Shown one piece after another: positions 54,479-64,000 of a stretch of DNA of 64,000 bases. This DNA is from a virus, in IMG/VR virus record IMGVR_UViG_3300030099_005838. One strand, 5' to 3'. The translations under genes were made by a program, and so were the position numbers. Positions within the stretch are counted from its first letter, which is position 1, and each line of letters begins with the position of its first letter. The notes beneath the pieces were generated by a model that was not told the DNA's origin, did not search any database, and was given only the letters and a program-made list of their open reading frames with translations.

Positions 54479-56286
54479 GCATGAACAAATATTTTTCAGA
54501 ATCTACATCACCATCACCAGAAATAAAAACTGGCAAGGTTGATATTAGTAATATAACTACTGAAAAGCACTCCTTAGAATTGAACGTAGAACAGTTACTT
54601 GTAGACTATACAACAATAAATTTTACCCACAACAATAAAAGAATAAAGATTATTTTTTTGAGAAAAAGTCAACGTGGAAATACTATAGATTCAGATTTTA
54701 ATATTTGGTCGAAATCTCAGGCAGTCGATGTTTGTTACGAAACGGCTCATGGACGACAGGATTTTTCTTTACAATTAGTTAAAATTTCAAAAGAAAATGT
54801 CAAATTCAATAAGGATAAATCAGGTGAAGATTCAGAGGACTATTTAGTAATGAAGTCTTTGTATAAAAAGTTCGGAGATTGTTTATTAGGACAGGATGGA
54901 CAACAAACCTTTTCTGTTTTAAATATGCTTGTAAGACCTTTTTTACCTGATGATTTAAAGCATAATCTAAATGAATTGAAATTCAAAGAAGAAATTAAAT
55001 TTGAAAAAGAACATAGTGAAGAAGGAAAAATAGAAAGTTGGAGCTATCCTCGTAAAAGCCAAGATTCATATGTAATATCGGATTGGCCAGAACATGCGAA
55101 GAAAAATATTTTATCGTCAACTGTCAACTTAACTATTTACACTAAAGTTTTGTATAGTCATATTCCTAAAATTTTTCAAAATAAAAATGTAAGATCTTCA
55201 CCTAATGCTGCAGAAATAAGAACGGTTTCAACAAATTTAGTATCTTGGGTTTCAAGTTTTATTACTGCAACTGACGATGAATTATCGAATAGATTTCAAA
55301 AACACGAAAAGTCAATACCTTTAACAATATTAAGAGAAAAAGGTAAGGATCCATTTGTACCAATGAAAAAACAATTTGGTTCTAATATGGGTGACTTATT
55401 TAATAAATATATTGGTAATAATCTCAGAATGGCAAACGAAGAATTTTTTCAAAAAATATTAGTTTGTGAACAAACAAAAACACAAAAATGGGCAGATAAG
55501 GCGTACATAGTGACTGCAAAACATTTAGATAAGCTTGTAAAAGAGGATATAAACAAAAAAAATTATCGGGAATGGAAAGAGAGATTACTATATACTATAG
55601 ACAATTTTCGCATTATGTTTGAGATGTTTGAATCACATGATAACTTTTCTAAAAATCTTTCGAAAAGAATTGGTTTCATAACTGATTTGAATAATATTAT
55701 AAGTTACATAAAAAGTGATATTACAGATTACAAAGTGTCATATCAACTTGATGGTTCAAATATAGAGGACTATATTCGTGTTGAACTTATATTTAAAAAC
55801 TTCAAAAAATTTATTGAATTATTTGTTGAAGAATGGAATGAGCTTGTAAAGGTTTATCAGATGAAACAAGATGGTGATAAACTTACTGATGAGGAACTGA
55901 AAATGTATGATGTAATAGAATCTACAGATTCGTTTCAATGGAAATCGATAAAAAGACGAACTAAGTATTGGGAAGAATGGTATCATAATAATAAAGATAA
56001 TTTTTTAGAAGATGGTGTTTTATTAGTAAAAGATTTAAATAGATTTTTTAGTACCAATCAAAGAGTAATGATTGCAGCAATAAATGATTATACTAATCCA
56101 TTTGGTGAAGAAATTAATCCAATAGATGTTTGGAATGGCAAAATTTATCAAACAGACCATTGGTACATTTCTTACGCAAATGGAGGGTTTACTTGTGCAT
56201 TTAATGCACAAGTATTGAAAGCAAAAACAAACCAAAAAAAAGGTAAGACAAATGCAGAAGATTACAAATTCGAAGGAGTTCAGTAA
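54475..56286 (+). CDS. GmrSD-like DUF262 + C-terminal HNH nuclease
   Basis: SQR, DGQQT, IFQNKN..AEIR; TDHW..GG..NAQVL..TNQKKG. Confidence 0.6.
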   Translation: MSMNKYFSESTSPSPEIKTGKVDISNITTEKHSLELNVEQLLVDYTTINFTHNNKRIKIIFLRKSQRGNTIDSDFNIWSKSQAVDVCYETAHGRQDFSLQLVKISKENVKFNKDKSGEDSEDYLVMKSLYKKFGDCLLGQDGQQTFSVLNMLVRPFLPDDLKHNLNELKFKEEIKFEKEHSEEGKIESWSYPRKSQDSYVISDWPEHAKKNILSSTVNLTIYTKVLYSHIPKIFQNKNVRSSPNAAEIRTVSTNLVSWVSSFITATDDELSNRFQKHEKSIPLTILREKGKDPFVPMKKQFGSNMGDLFNKYIGNNLRMANEEFFQKILVCEQTKTQKWADKAYIVTAKHLDKLVKEDINKKNYREWKERLLYTIDNFRIMFEMFESHDNFSKNLSKRIGFITDLNNIISYIKSDITDYKVSYQLDGSNIEDYIRVELIFKNFKKFIELFVEEWNELVKVYQMKQDGDKLTDEELKMYDVIESTDSFQWKSIKRRTKYWEEWYHNNKDNFLEDGVLLVKDLNRFFSTNQRVMIAAINDYTNPFGEEINPIDVWNGKIYQTDHWYISYANGGFTCAFNAQVLKAKTNQKKGKTNAEDYKFEGVQ

Positions 56287-57633
56287 GTGAGTATATATCA
56301 ATTTACAGATTCAAAAGATACTAATAAGGAATATAAATATAAAGTATTAGTATATCCCAATATTACTTTTCAGAAGGATTTAGAAAAAGATTCTTACGTT
56401 GTTGTACTTGGTAATATTATAAAAGAGATGAACAAAAAGCGTTTTGGCAAAGATATACATTGGACAATATTTTCACCAGAACATATAAACAGTTTGGACT
56501 TCGATAATACCCACCAATTAATGCTACCATTACCATCATATCCTAATGCGATGAGGTTACATTTCGACCAAAAAAGAATCATCAAAGGTATTGACTTCAG
56601 ACACAATGACTTTGACATTGTATATTCTCATCTACCAGAACACACTCTTCAATTAAAAAATGTTTTACTTAATGAAACAAACATAGAGCCTGGTTTTGTT
56701 GGTTACACTCATTGGACTGAATTTCCTGAGATTACAAATTACAAAGAAACCGTAATGGATATTAATTTTCTTGGTTTACTAGCTATGGAAAAGTGTGGTA
56801 TCAATACGCAAGGACAAAAGAATTTAGTATTGAAAAATGCAAAAACACATTTCAATGATGATGTTGTAAACAGATTAGATGAAATATTAGAACCACAATA
56901 TCTTGGTTGGGAAATTCCTAAGTATGAAAAACAAACAACCGACAAAAAAATTATCGTATTCAATCATCGGCCTCATGCTTACAAAAACTATCCTTGGTTT
57001 TTAAAACAAATGGATAAGTTATGGAAAAAAAGAAAAGACTTTGAAGTATGGGTGCCTCTTGCTGATAAGATAGAAAGAGAATATATGACTAATGATAAAT
57101 ACGATAGAGTTGGATACTTTTCTAAATTGTCATCGTGTCGTCTTGGTGTATGTGCAAAACAAAAATATAGTGGTTGGGCCGTATCTGCTACAGATGGTAT
57201 GTCGGTTGGTGTTCCATATGTATTTTCAGATGATGATTACTATCATGAACTCGCAGGTGATGATGGTATCTATTACTATGATGTTGATGATGCATTAATA
57301 GATACAATAGAAGAACTTTTAGATAGTGATTCATTAAGAGAAAGATATTCTAAGAAGGCACTTAATAGATTTGAGAAAGGTAAATGGGGAACTGCAATAA
57401 ATCAATTTAATAATATGTTTAAAGAGACAGCTCAAAACTTACCAATGTTAAAGAATGATACCGATACATATAAAAAGGTATTGGATTTCATACATAAGAA
57501 AAAATCGGTTACTAAAGCAGATATACTTAATATGTTAAATTGGGGAGTTAGGATATCATTTAGCGGGTATCGTAATAGACTCAGAAACGAACCTACCATA
57601 AGGTTCACAAAAGATAGATATGAGGTTAGATAA
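56287..57633 (+). CDS. GT-B glycosyltransferase with C-terminal winged-helix-like tail
   Basis: FNHR..KN; WAVSATDGMSVGVPY; KSVTKADILNMLNW. Confidence 0.7.
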   Translation: MSIYQFTDSKDTNKEYKYKVLVYPNITFQKDLEKDSYVVVLGNIIKEMNKKRFGKDIHWTIFSPEHINSLDFDNTHQLMLPLPSYPNAMRLHFDQKRIIKGIDFRHNDFDIVYSHLPEHTLQLKNVLLNETNIEPGFVGYTHWTEFPEITNYKETVMDINFLGLLAMEKCGINTQGQKNLVLKNAKTHFNDDVVNRLDEILEPQYLGWEIPKYEKQTTDKKIIVFNHRPHAYKNYPWFLKQMDKLWKKRKDFEVWVPLADKIEREYMTNDKYDRVGYFSKLSSCRLGVCAKQKYSGWAVSATDGMSVGVPYVFSDDDYYHELAGDDGIYYYDVDDALIDTIEELLDSDSLRERYSKKALNRFEKGKWGTAINQFNNMFKETAQNLPMLKNDTDTYKKVLDFIHKKKSVTKADILNMLNWGVRISFSGYRNRLRNEPTIRFTKDRYEVR

Positions 57634-58413
57634 ATGAAACAATTATCAGAAAAACAAATACTAGACAATTGGAATAAGTTAATACAGCTTATAGAGGATA
57701 CCTTTTCAGGTGAAAGAAAAGAGAAACTCTTAGAGATGTATAAATACTTTGAAGATAGAATGTCGGTTGCACCAGCCAGTGGTAAGGCAGCATATCACAA
57801 TGCTATGGTAGGTGGTTATGTAGAGCATGTATTGCATGTTACCGATTGTGCCATTCAAATTAAAAAGCTGTGGGAGTCTAATGGTGCGATGATTAACTTC
57901 ACCGATGAAGAACTAATCTTTGCTGCAATGCATCACGACTTAGGTAAGGTAGGTGATTTGAATCAAGACTATTATATCCCACAAGACTCCGAATGGCATC
58001 GGAAGAACAGAGGTGAGATATTTAAACATAATCCAAGTCTCCAATACATGACAGTTACCGATAGAGCGATTTTTCTTCTAAATCACTTCGGTATCCAAAT
58101 GTCTCAATGGGAGTACATCGGATTAAGACTAACCGATGGTTTGTATGAAGAGGGTAACAAGTCTTACTACATTTCTTACAATCCTGATTGGTCTTTGAAA
58201 TCAAACATTGCATATATCTTACATCAAGCAGATATGATGGCAACTCATATTGAATATGACGAATGGCAAAAGTTGGATGAAGAGTCAAACACTCAGTTAC
58301 AGACTAACTTCAAAAAGGCTGTAGATACTCGTAAGAAGGGGGAAGTCAAATCTCCTAAATTAAGTGAGAAATCACAGGACCTTTTTGACGAACTATTCGG
58401 AGATAAGAAATGA
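57634..58413 (+). CDS. HD-domain phosphohydrolase
   Basis: HNA..GGYVEH; MHHDLGK; LHQAD. Confidence 0.85.
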   Translation: MKQLSEKQILDNWNKLIQLIEDTFSGERKEKLLEMYKYFEDRMSVAPASGKAAYHNAMVGGYVEHVLHVTDCAIQIKKLWESNGAMINFTDEELIFAAMHHDLGKVGDLNQDYYIPQDSEWHRKNRGEIFKHNPSLQYMTVTDRAIFLLNHFGIQMSQWEYIGLRLTDGLYEEGNKSYYISYNPDWSLKSNIAYILHQADMMATHIEYDEWQKLDEESNTQLQTNFKKAVDTRKKGEVKSPKLSEKSQDLFDELFGDKK

Positions 58414-58676
58414 TTTTAGAAATAAGTCTTGTAATATTGGCAATTTTGTGTGTGGCTTCTTGGTATGGATTGTGGAATACTATGAAAAAGTTAGAGATTA
58501 TGGAAGATTGGATATCATCATTTATGACTACAATTATAGAGATAAATAATAAAGTCAATGAGATAGATTACAAAGGTTACTTTGCAGAAGACGATGAGAC
58601 AGGTACAATATTTAAACAATTAAAAGAAACAATTAATCAACTAGATAAACTTCAAGGAGAAGATATTAATGGGTAG
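58410..58676 (+). CDS. membrane-anchored small protein
   Basis: N-terminal TM. Confidence 0.6.
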   Translation: MILEISLVILAILCVASWYGLWNTMKKLEIMEDWISSFMTTIIEINNKVNEIDYKGYFAEDDETGTIFKQLKETINQLDKLQGEDING

Positions 58677-59385
58677 AAAAAGAAAAAACTACTATTTCAC
58701 AGAAAGAACAGAAGCTGCAATTATTAGGTATAATAACACAGATAGTGTACGTCTGAAAAATAAAATATACAACGAACACATCCGTTCTGCTTTTGATAAA
58801 CTATGTGAAAATATAATTCACACATTTAAGTTTTACTACTTTGATACTTCCTCTGAAGAAGTTAAACATGAGGTTGTATCTTTCTTAGTTATGAACATGC
58901 ATAAGTTTAAGGAAGGTAAAGGTAAAGCTTTTTCATACTTTAGTATTGTTGCTAAAAACTATCTGATTCTGAATAACAATAAAAACTATAAGATGGGAAA
59001 GATACATTCTGAAATGGATGTTTTAGATTATAAAAGAAACACAACTACAGAGAATGCACAATTTGAGGCAAAAGAAAACACCTCAATATTTGTTGATGAA
59101 CTTAACAGATTTTGGGATGTGAATCTAACTAATATCTTTAGTAGACAAAAGGATATTAAAGTCGCTGATGCAGTTCTACATATGTTTCGTATGAAAGAGA
59201 ATATTGAGAACTTTAATAAGAAGGCCTTATATATTCTAATTAGAGAAATGACAGGTTCGAATACACAACACATAACTCGTATTATAAATGTTATGAAGAA
59301 GTATAATGATAGATTGAAATATGAGTTCTATAAGTATGGAATGGTTGATGTGAGTCATACAGGCTCATTAATAAAGACAGATTAA
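58669..59385 (+). CDS. gp55-like late-transcription sigma factor
   Basis: YFT..AI..YN; F..GKGKAFSYFSIVAKNYL region-2-like pattern. Confidence 0.65.
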   Translation: MGRKRKNYYFTERTEAAIIRYNNTDSVRLKNKIYNEHIRSAFDKLCENIIHTFKFYYFDTSSEEVKHEVVSFLVMNMHKFKEGKGKAFSYFSIVAKNYLILNNNKNYKMGKIHSEMDVLDYKRNTTTENAQFEAKENTSIFVDELNRFWDVNLTNIFSRQKDIKVADAVLHMFRMKENIENFNKKALYILIREMTGSNTQHITRIINVMKKYNDRLKYEFYKYGMVDVSHTGSLIKTD

Positions 59386-59391
59386 TAATAC

Positions 59392-59419
59392 AGAGGGGAG
59401 TAAAATCCCCTCTTTTTTT
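59392..59419 (+). terminator. rho-independent terminator
   Basis: AGAGGGGA/TCCCCTCT + T-run. Confidence 0.8.
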
Positions 59420-59472
59420 ATTCCCACCTTTTTTCCGATTAGCTATATATTTATTAAAAAAGATGTTATAAA

Positions 59473-59481
59473 ATATTTATA
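59473..59481 (+). promoter_or_regulatory. putative late promoter motif
   Basis: ATATTTATA (second copy ATATTTATT at 59447) ahead of structural genes. Confidence 0.55.
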
Positions 59482-59512
59482 TATAGGCATATTTTCATAA
59501 TCGGAGTTCGAA

Positions 59513-59902
59513 ATGAGCATAAAATACGAAATCTTTGATGGCAAGACTCTATCGGATATTTTCAAAGATATTTACAGCAATACAGAAAAAAATAAAGAAC
59601 AACTTGAAGTGTTGATGAAAGAAGTTGTTGGTTTTATAAAAGATGGTGATACTGCGATACAAATCATCCCTATGTTGAAAGAGTATTTAGAAATCAATGT
59701 AAAGAATGATGACCAATTGGTTAAGATGGCAGGTATAGTTCAAAGAATGATAGCATCAGAGAACAAAGGTGGTGCAGAGGAAGAGTTTGGATTATCCGAT
59801 GCAGAAAAGGAACAATTGATGAATGCAGTAAATGATGTAGCAGAAGATGTTCAAAAGTATTCAGATGAGATAGTGAGTAAAAAAGATTATGAGCAGACCT
59901 AA
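59513..59902 (+). CDS. conserved hypothetical protein
   Basis: GGAG SD; helical. Confidence 0.65.
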   Translation: MSIKYEIFDGKTLSDIFKDIYSNTEKNKEQLEVLMKEVVGFIKDGDTAIQIIPMLKEYLEINVKNDDQLVKMAGIVQRMIASENKGGAEEEFGLSDAEKEQLMNAVNDVAEDVQKYSDEIVSKKDYEQT

Positions 59903-60995
59903 AATATATAGACAAATAAATCCAGAATTACCAACTCCGAAAAGAGATAAATCAGGTTTAGTAAGTTATGATCAAATGATAGAATATGTTAATTCTGTAA
60001 GTAGGTCTTCAGAATTTTATGAACTTGTAGAAGCTAGAGTTTTAAAGGTTTACAGAGTTGAAGCTGACTTAGACATTATAACAAAACCAAATGGGGAAGA
60101 AACACGTGATTGGACTCAGATAGGAACTTTGGATGCGATTATGATACATAACGGAGAGAGAGTTAGAAATGTTCAACCACTATGTTCACATTTTAATTGT
60201 GCACCACTTGCAGATGAAAAAGTAATTATATCAGAATATAGTGGTAGATATTATTATTCATTTCCACTTGCATCTATGGGTAAGGTCGATAATAATAGAG
60301 AAAAAATAGTCTCTGGTGAATCACTGGTATTTCCAAAATTAACTTTTTTAAACAGGCCACTTTTTACGGGACCAGGAGATACCACAATTCAAGGTAGATA
60401 TGGAAACTATATGAATTTTGGTGGAGATATGGAGGAAAATGGTTTACCATCTTATCCTTACATAATTATAGGTAATAATCAAAGTAACGATACAATACAA
60501 AATGCCTTAAAAATAAAAGATTCATCATTTCCACATTACCACAGTATTAATAGTATCGGTTCATCCATTACTTTACGTTCTAGTGATGTTAAGTCTGGTA
60601 TTGTCAAATCTTATGATGATGGTGAAGATGATTTTTTACAAGGAAATTTGATTATAATTAATTCTGATGAGATATTGTTTAATACAAGAAAAGATGATAT
60701 TATACTGTCATCAGGTGACCAGATAAGATTAGGTGCTGTCAACGATGTTTTTATATCATCAGGTGCAAATGGAACTATTAGATTAGGAAGTAAAGACCCA
60801 ACAACCACAGTCGATCCTGTTGTTAAGTATTCCACTTTATCTGCCTTTTTGAGTGAATTTATCGATATAGTAGATGCGACTTTTTCGTTTTTAGAAACAA
60901 ATCCAAATATTGCTGCAATAAATGGAAGTGGTAAGTTGGAATCGTTAAAAGAAAGATTAGAATCAATCGCAAGTAAAAAAGTTTTCATAGATTAA
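59889..60995 (+). CDS. baseplate hub/spike (gp5-like) protein
   Basis: OB-like N-term, GDTTIQGRYGN, beta-helix-like repeats; context. Confidence 0.5.
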   Translation: MSRPKIYRQINPELPTPKRDKSGLVSYDQMIEYVNSVSRSSEFYELVEARVLKVYRVEADLDIITKPNGEETRDWTQIGTLDAIMIHNGERVRNVQPLCSHFNCAPLADEKVIISEYSGRYYYSFPLASMGKVDNNREKIVSGESLVFPKLTFLNRPLFTGPGDTTIQGRYGNYMNFGGDMEENGLPSYPYIIIGNNQSNDTIQNALKIKDSSFPHYHSINSIGSSITLRSSDVKSGIVKSYDDGEDDFLQGNLIIINSDEILFNTRKDDIILSSGDQIRLGAVNDVFISSGANGTIRLGSKDPTTTVDPVVKYSTLSAFLSEFIDIVDATFSFLETNPNIAAINGSGKLESLKERLESIASKKVFID

Positions 60996-61004
60996 GGATT
61001 TATT

Positions 61005-61724
61005 ATGGGATTATTAGCAAATATGGCAAGAAAAGAATTTATGAAAAAAGCTTCTGAAGGTTTTGATAAAATTGATCTTAAAGTTTATAATGAAATCATT
61101 TTACCATTGGAAGAAAATATAGATTTGTATGCAGAAAAAAGTGACCAAATTATAGAAATACAAGAAGCAGTACTTGTTGCATATGATGCATATGAAGATA
61201 TAGCTACAATAATCACTAATATTAGGAGAGCAAGAAAGGTTGCACAGGCTAGTGAAAAAACTGCAGATACAAGTGATAAAGCTTCAACAATTGCATCAGC
61301 ATTAGACAAAATTTCTGCTGCAATAAGTTATGGTTTAAAAGTATTGAAAGACAAACTGAGGGAAGAGATAAGAGAGTTGCTTGAAATAGAGGGGTATAGA
61401 GCACCACTCAAAAAAGAATTTGGTAAGCGAAAAGAAAGAATTTTAGATACATTAGAAAGACAAAAAAAGAGGTTTGATACAATTACAGAAAATAGAAGAA
61501 AACAACAGGAAAAGTTGACTGCAAAACGAGAGGAACTTGCACAAAGGAGAAGGAATAGGTTAGCAGGTAGAACTGATTTCTCAGGACCTATTGGACAAGC
61601 AGTCGATTATGTTGAGGACGCTTATAATACGGCGGTTGACGAAATTAGAAATGATTTATTTGGAGAACCTGAAAAATCAAAGTTGGAAGAAAGTACAAAA
61701 CTTTCTGCTTGTGGTTCAGATTGA
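61005..61724 (+). CDS. coiled-coil protein
   Basis: Long heptad helices. Confidence 0.6.
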   Translation: MGLLANMARKEFMKKASEGFDKIDLKVYNEIILPLEENIDLYAEKSDQIIEIQEAVLVAYDAYEDIATIITNIRRARKVAQASEKTADTSDKASTIASALDKISAAISYGLKVLKDKLREEIRELLEIEGYRAPLKKEFGKRKERILDTLERQKKRFDTITENRRKQQEKLTAKREELAQRRRNRLAGRTDFSGPIGQAVDYVEDAYNTAVDEIRNDLFGEPEKSKLEESTKLSACGSD

Positions 61725-61743
61725 CAAACTTTTAAAAAAGTAG

Positions 61744-61752
61744 ATATTTATA
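61744..61752 (+). promoter_or_regulatory. putative late promoter motif
   Basis: ATATTTATA upstream of 61770. Confidence 0.55.
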
Positions 61753-61769
61753 TTAAACAGGAGTAAAAT

Positions 61770-62192
61770 ATGTCGGAATCAAAAAAACTTGTAAGTTTAA
61801 TCAGAGAATTGGTTAAATCCGAAGTTAAAAAAGAACTAAATCAAATACTTATTAGTGAAGGTAAAAAGGTAGTCTCTCAAAAGATGCAATCTCAATCCTT
61901 CGAAAATAATCCGAATGAACAAGCCCTAAATGAAACCATAAGTAAAGATACAGAAGAGTATCCAACCATGAGTGGTAAGCCTTATGACACAGGTAGAATG
62001 GCAGAAATGTTAGGTTATGGTAATATAGCAGGAGATGCAGAAAGTAGAAGAAAAGCATCAGCTATACAGACTGCACAATCTGCTGGAGTAGATCCTAATA
62101 ATCCAGCGGTAAAGGATGTTATGGATAACCTAACAAAAGATTACAGAGGTGTAATGACGGCTTTAAAAAAGAAAGATGGTAAATTATTATGA
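61770..62192 (+). CDS. hypothetical late protein
   Basis: AGGAG SD; LIRELVKSEVKKE leader. Confidence 0.65.
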   Translation: MSESKKLVSLIRELVKSEVKKELNQILISEGKKVVSQKMQSQSFENNPNEQALNETISKDTEEYPTMSGKPYDTGRMAEMLGYGNIAGDAESRRKASAIQTAQSAGVDPNNPAVKDVMDNLTKDYRGVMTALKKKDGKLL

Positions 62193-62632
62193 GTGTAATA
62201 GAAAAAGATTTAGATCCTGATACTTTTATTGGTTTAACTTTGCCTTTGGGTAGACATCAGCAAGGTGTATTTAAACGTACTCAAACTTTACTAGAACAAA
62301 CTAAATCAAGTATTAAAAATCTTCTATTAACACGAAGAGGTGAGAGATTAGGTAATCCTAATTTTGGTAGCGATTTGTTTACAGTATTATTTGAACCCGA
62401 AGGAACAGATACAGAAAACAAAATAGAGGAGATCATCAGAGGGAGTATTAAAGAATTTCTACCCTTTGTTTCAGTACGGGAAGTCACCTTCTCATTTTCA
62501 GGTAATACAATAACACCAAGAATTATTTTTTCTATTCAACAAAGTCAATTAACTCTTGAAGAAGTCACTTTGGAATTACCTTCTTTAGAAGCGAATACCG
62601 AAGGAAATATTGGTGGTAATACACCAGGTTAG
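62189..62632 (+). CDS. gp25-like baseplate wedge protein
   Basis: SIKNLLLTRRGERLGNPNFGSDL..LFEP. Confidence 0.88.
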   Translation: MSVIEKDLDPDTFIGLTLPLGRHQQGVFKRTQTLLEQTKSSIKNLLLTRRGERLGNPNFGSDLFTVLFEPEGTDTENKIEEIIRGSIKEFLPFVSVREVTFSFSGNTITPRIIFSIQQSQLTLEEVTLELPSLEANTEGNIGGNTPG

Positions 62633-62644
62633 TAGGAGAACAAA

Positions 62645-64000
62645 ATGCCTTACACAGCACCCAAAAATAATTCAGTTAAAGAAGTAAGATATTTAAATAA
62701 AGATTTTACTTCTTTCAAAAACAATTTGATTGAATTTGCTAAAATATATTTTCCAAAAGACTATAATGATTTCAATGAAGCATCACCGGGTATGATGTTT
62801 ATCGAAATGGCGTCATATGTAGGTGACGTTCTTTCTTACTATATTGATAATCAGTTCAAAGAGTCTCTAATGGCTTTTGCACAAGAAAAAAGAACTGTTT
62901 ACAATATGGCTCAAACATTTGGTTATAAACCGAAATTATCATCACCTGCTATAGCCAATGTAGATGTTTTTCAAACAGTTCCAGCAGTCAGTAGTGGAAC
63001 TGGTACTAATTATGTTACTAATCCTGATTTGAATTACTCTATGATTATAAAATCAGGTATGCAACTACAATCACAATCAGGTATCAAATTTACAACAACT
63101 GAAGACTGTAATTTTAAGTTTTCATCATCTTATGATCCTTTGGAGATATCTGTATTCGAAACAAATGACAATGTACCTGTAAGCTACTTACTGAAAAAAT
63201 CTGTACGAGCATATAGTGGTGATATCGCACAAGACTTTTTTACATTCGGAAATGCAGTTAAGTACGATAGAGTAAGTCTTAGTAACGAAAACGTAACAGA
63301 AATATTATCCTGTACGGATAGTGATGGTAACGATTGGTATGAGGTGCCGTTTTTAGCACAAGATACTGTATACACAGATATGGAAAATACACCTGCTAAT
63401 GATGCTGATTTGGCACAATATTCTGATTCAACTCCCTACTTATTAAAACTTTTGAAAACTGCAAGAAGATTTACGACATTTATAAGAGAAGATAACAAGA
63501 CAGAAATTAGATTCGGTGCCGGTATTAGTAGTAATCCAGATGAGGAGATTATACCTAATCCTGATGAGGTAGGTTCTACATTACCTGGTTCCCCAAGTCA
63601 GTTGGGGGTAGCATTCGACCCATCTAATTTTTTGAATACAAAAGCATATGGACAAGCACCTTCAAACACAACACTCACAATAACATACAGATATGGTGGG
63701 GGAGTGAGTCATAATATATCTTCCAACACCCTTACTAAAATACAAGCATTAAATGTCGAACTAGATACGACAGGTTTGAACAGTGCATTAGTCGGGGCAA
63801 CAAGAGCATCACTAGCAGTGACTAATCCACAACCTGCACGAGGTGGTAGGAGTGCAGAAAGTATTGTAGAAGTTAAGAACAATACATTGGCATATTTTCA
63901 AGCACAACAAAGAGTTGTAACAAAGGAAGATTATATTGTCAGAACCTATGCTTTGCCTCCTAAGTTTGGTAATATAGCAAAAGCATGCGTCATACAAGAC
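62645..64000 (+). CDS. gp6-like baseplate wedge subunit, runs off window
   Basis: AGGAG SD; YLNKDFTSFKNNLIEFAKIYFPKDYNDFNEASPGMMFIEMASYVGDVLSYY..GYKP; open to end. Confidence 0.85.
   Translation, partial: MPYTAPKNNSVKEVRYLNKDFTSFKNNLIEFAKIYFPKDYNDFNEASPGMMFIEMASYVGDVLSYYIDNQFKESLMAFAQEKRTVYNMAQTFGYKPKLSSPAIANVDVFQTVPAVSSGTGTNYVTNPDLNYSMIIKSGMQLQSQSGIKFTTTEDCNFKFSSSYDPLEISVFETNDNVPVSYLLKKSVRAYSGDIAQDFFTFGNAVKYDRVSLSNENVTEILSCTDSDGNDWYEVPFLAQDTVYTDMENTPANDADLAQYSDSTPYLLKLLKTARRFTTFIREDNKTEIRFGAGISSNPDEEIIPNPDEVGSTLPGSPSQLGVAFDPSNFLNTKAYGQAPSNTTLTITYRYGGGVSHNISSNTLTKIQALNVELDTTGLNSALVGATRASLAVTNPQPARGGRSAESIVEVKNNTLAYFQAQQRVVTKEDYIVRTYALPPKFGNIAKACVIQD

Noticed and set aside
475-63997. Remaining minus-strand track ORFs
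   Set aside because: All overlap better-supported + strand genes and show antisense-type composition
1-64000. Stop-codon reassignment as in some jumbo phages
   Set aside because: Well-identified genes end at TAG (33774, 34210, 62632) and TGA with normal coupling; only one suspicious internal TGA (24777)

Overview
64 kb of an AT-rich, large T4-like myovirus genome: gp25/gp6-like baseplate genes, a gp55-like late sigma, PhoH, Hsp20, tmRNA and 3 tRNAs. All credible genes are on the + strand and the code is standard (TAA, TAG and TGA all end genes). Modules left to right: nucleotide-sugar/glycosylation cluster (1-5.5 kb); low-coding, motif-rich region with divergent promoters and a candidate sRNA (8.2-10.5 kb); PHP-less mini-DnaE; early small-gene region driven by repeated TTGACT-N17/18-TAGCTT promoter cassettes; dUTPase/MazG/UvsE; a late cluster of putative internal head proteins with MIKLKxLLxE leaders and Glu-linked polyproteins (22.5-28 kb); a host-envelope block (beta-barrel, lipoproteins, MshEN protein, four type IV pilins behind a sigma54-like promoter); vWA + MoxR-type AAA; flavodoxin; cytochrome b6-like gene; a holin-like/cNMP-binding/GH108 cassette; tmRNA with a 35-residue tag; a DUF4338/GmrSD-like/GT-B trio; late sigma and baseplate. 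Host is inferred, not shown, to be an aquatic diderm, possibly FCB-group such as Marinimicrobia. All family calls come from motif recognition by eye; no searches were run.
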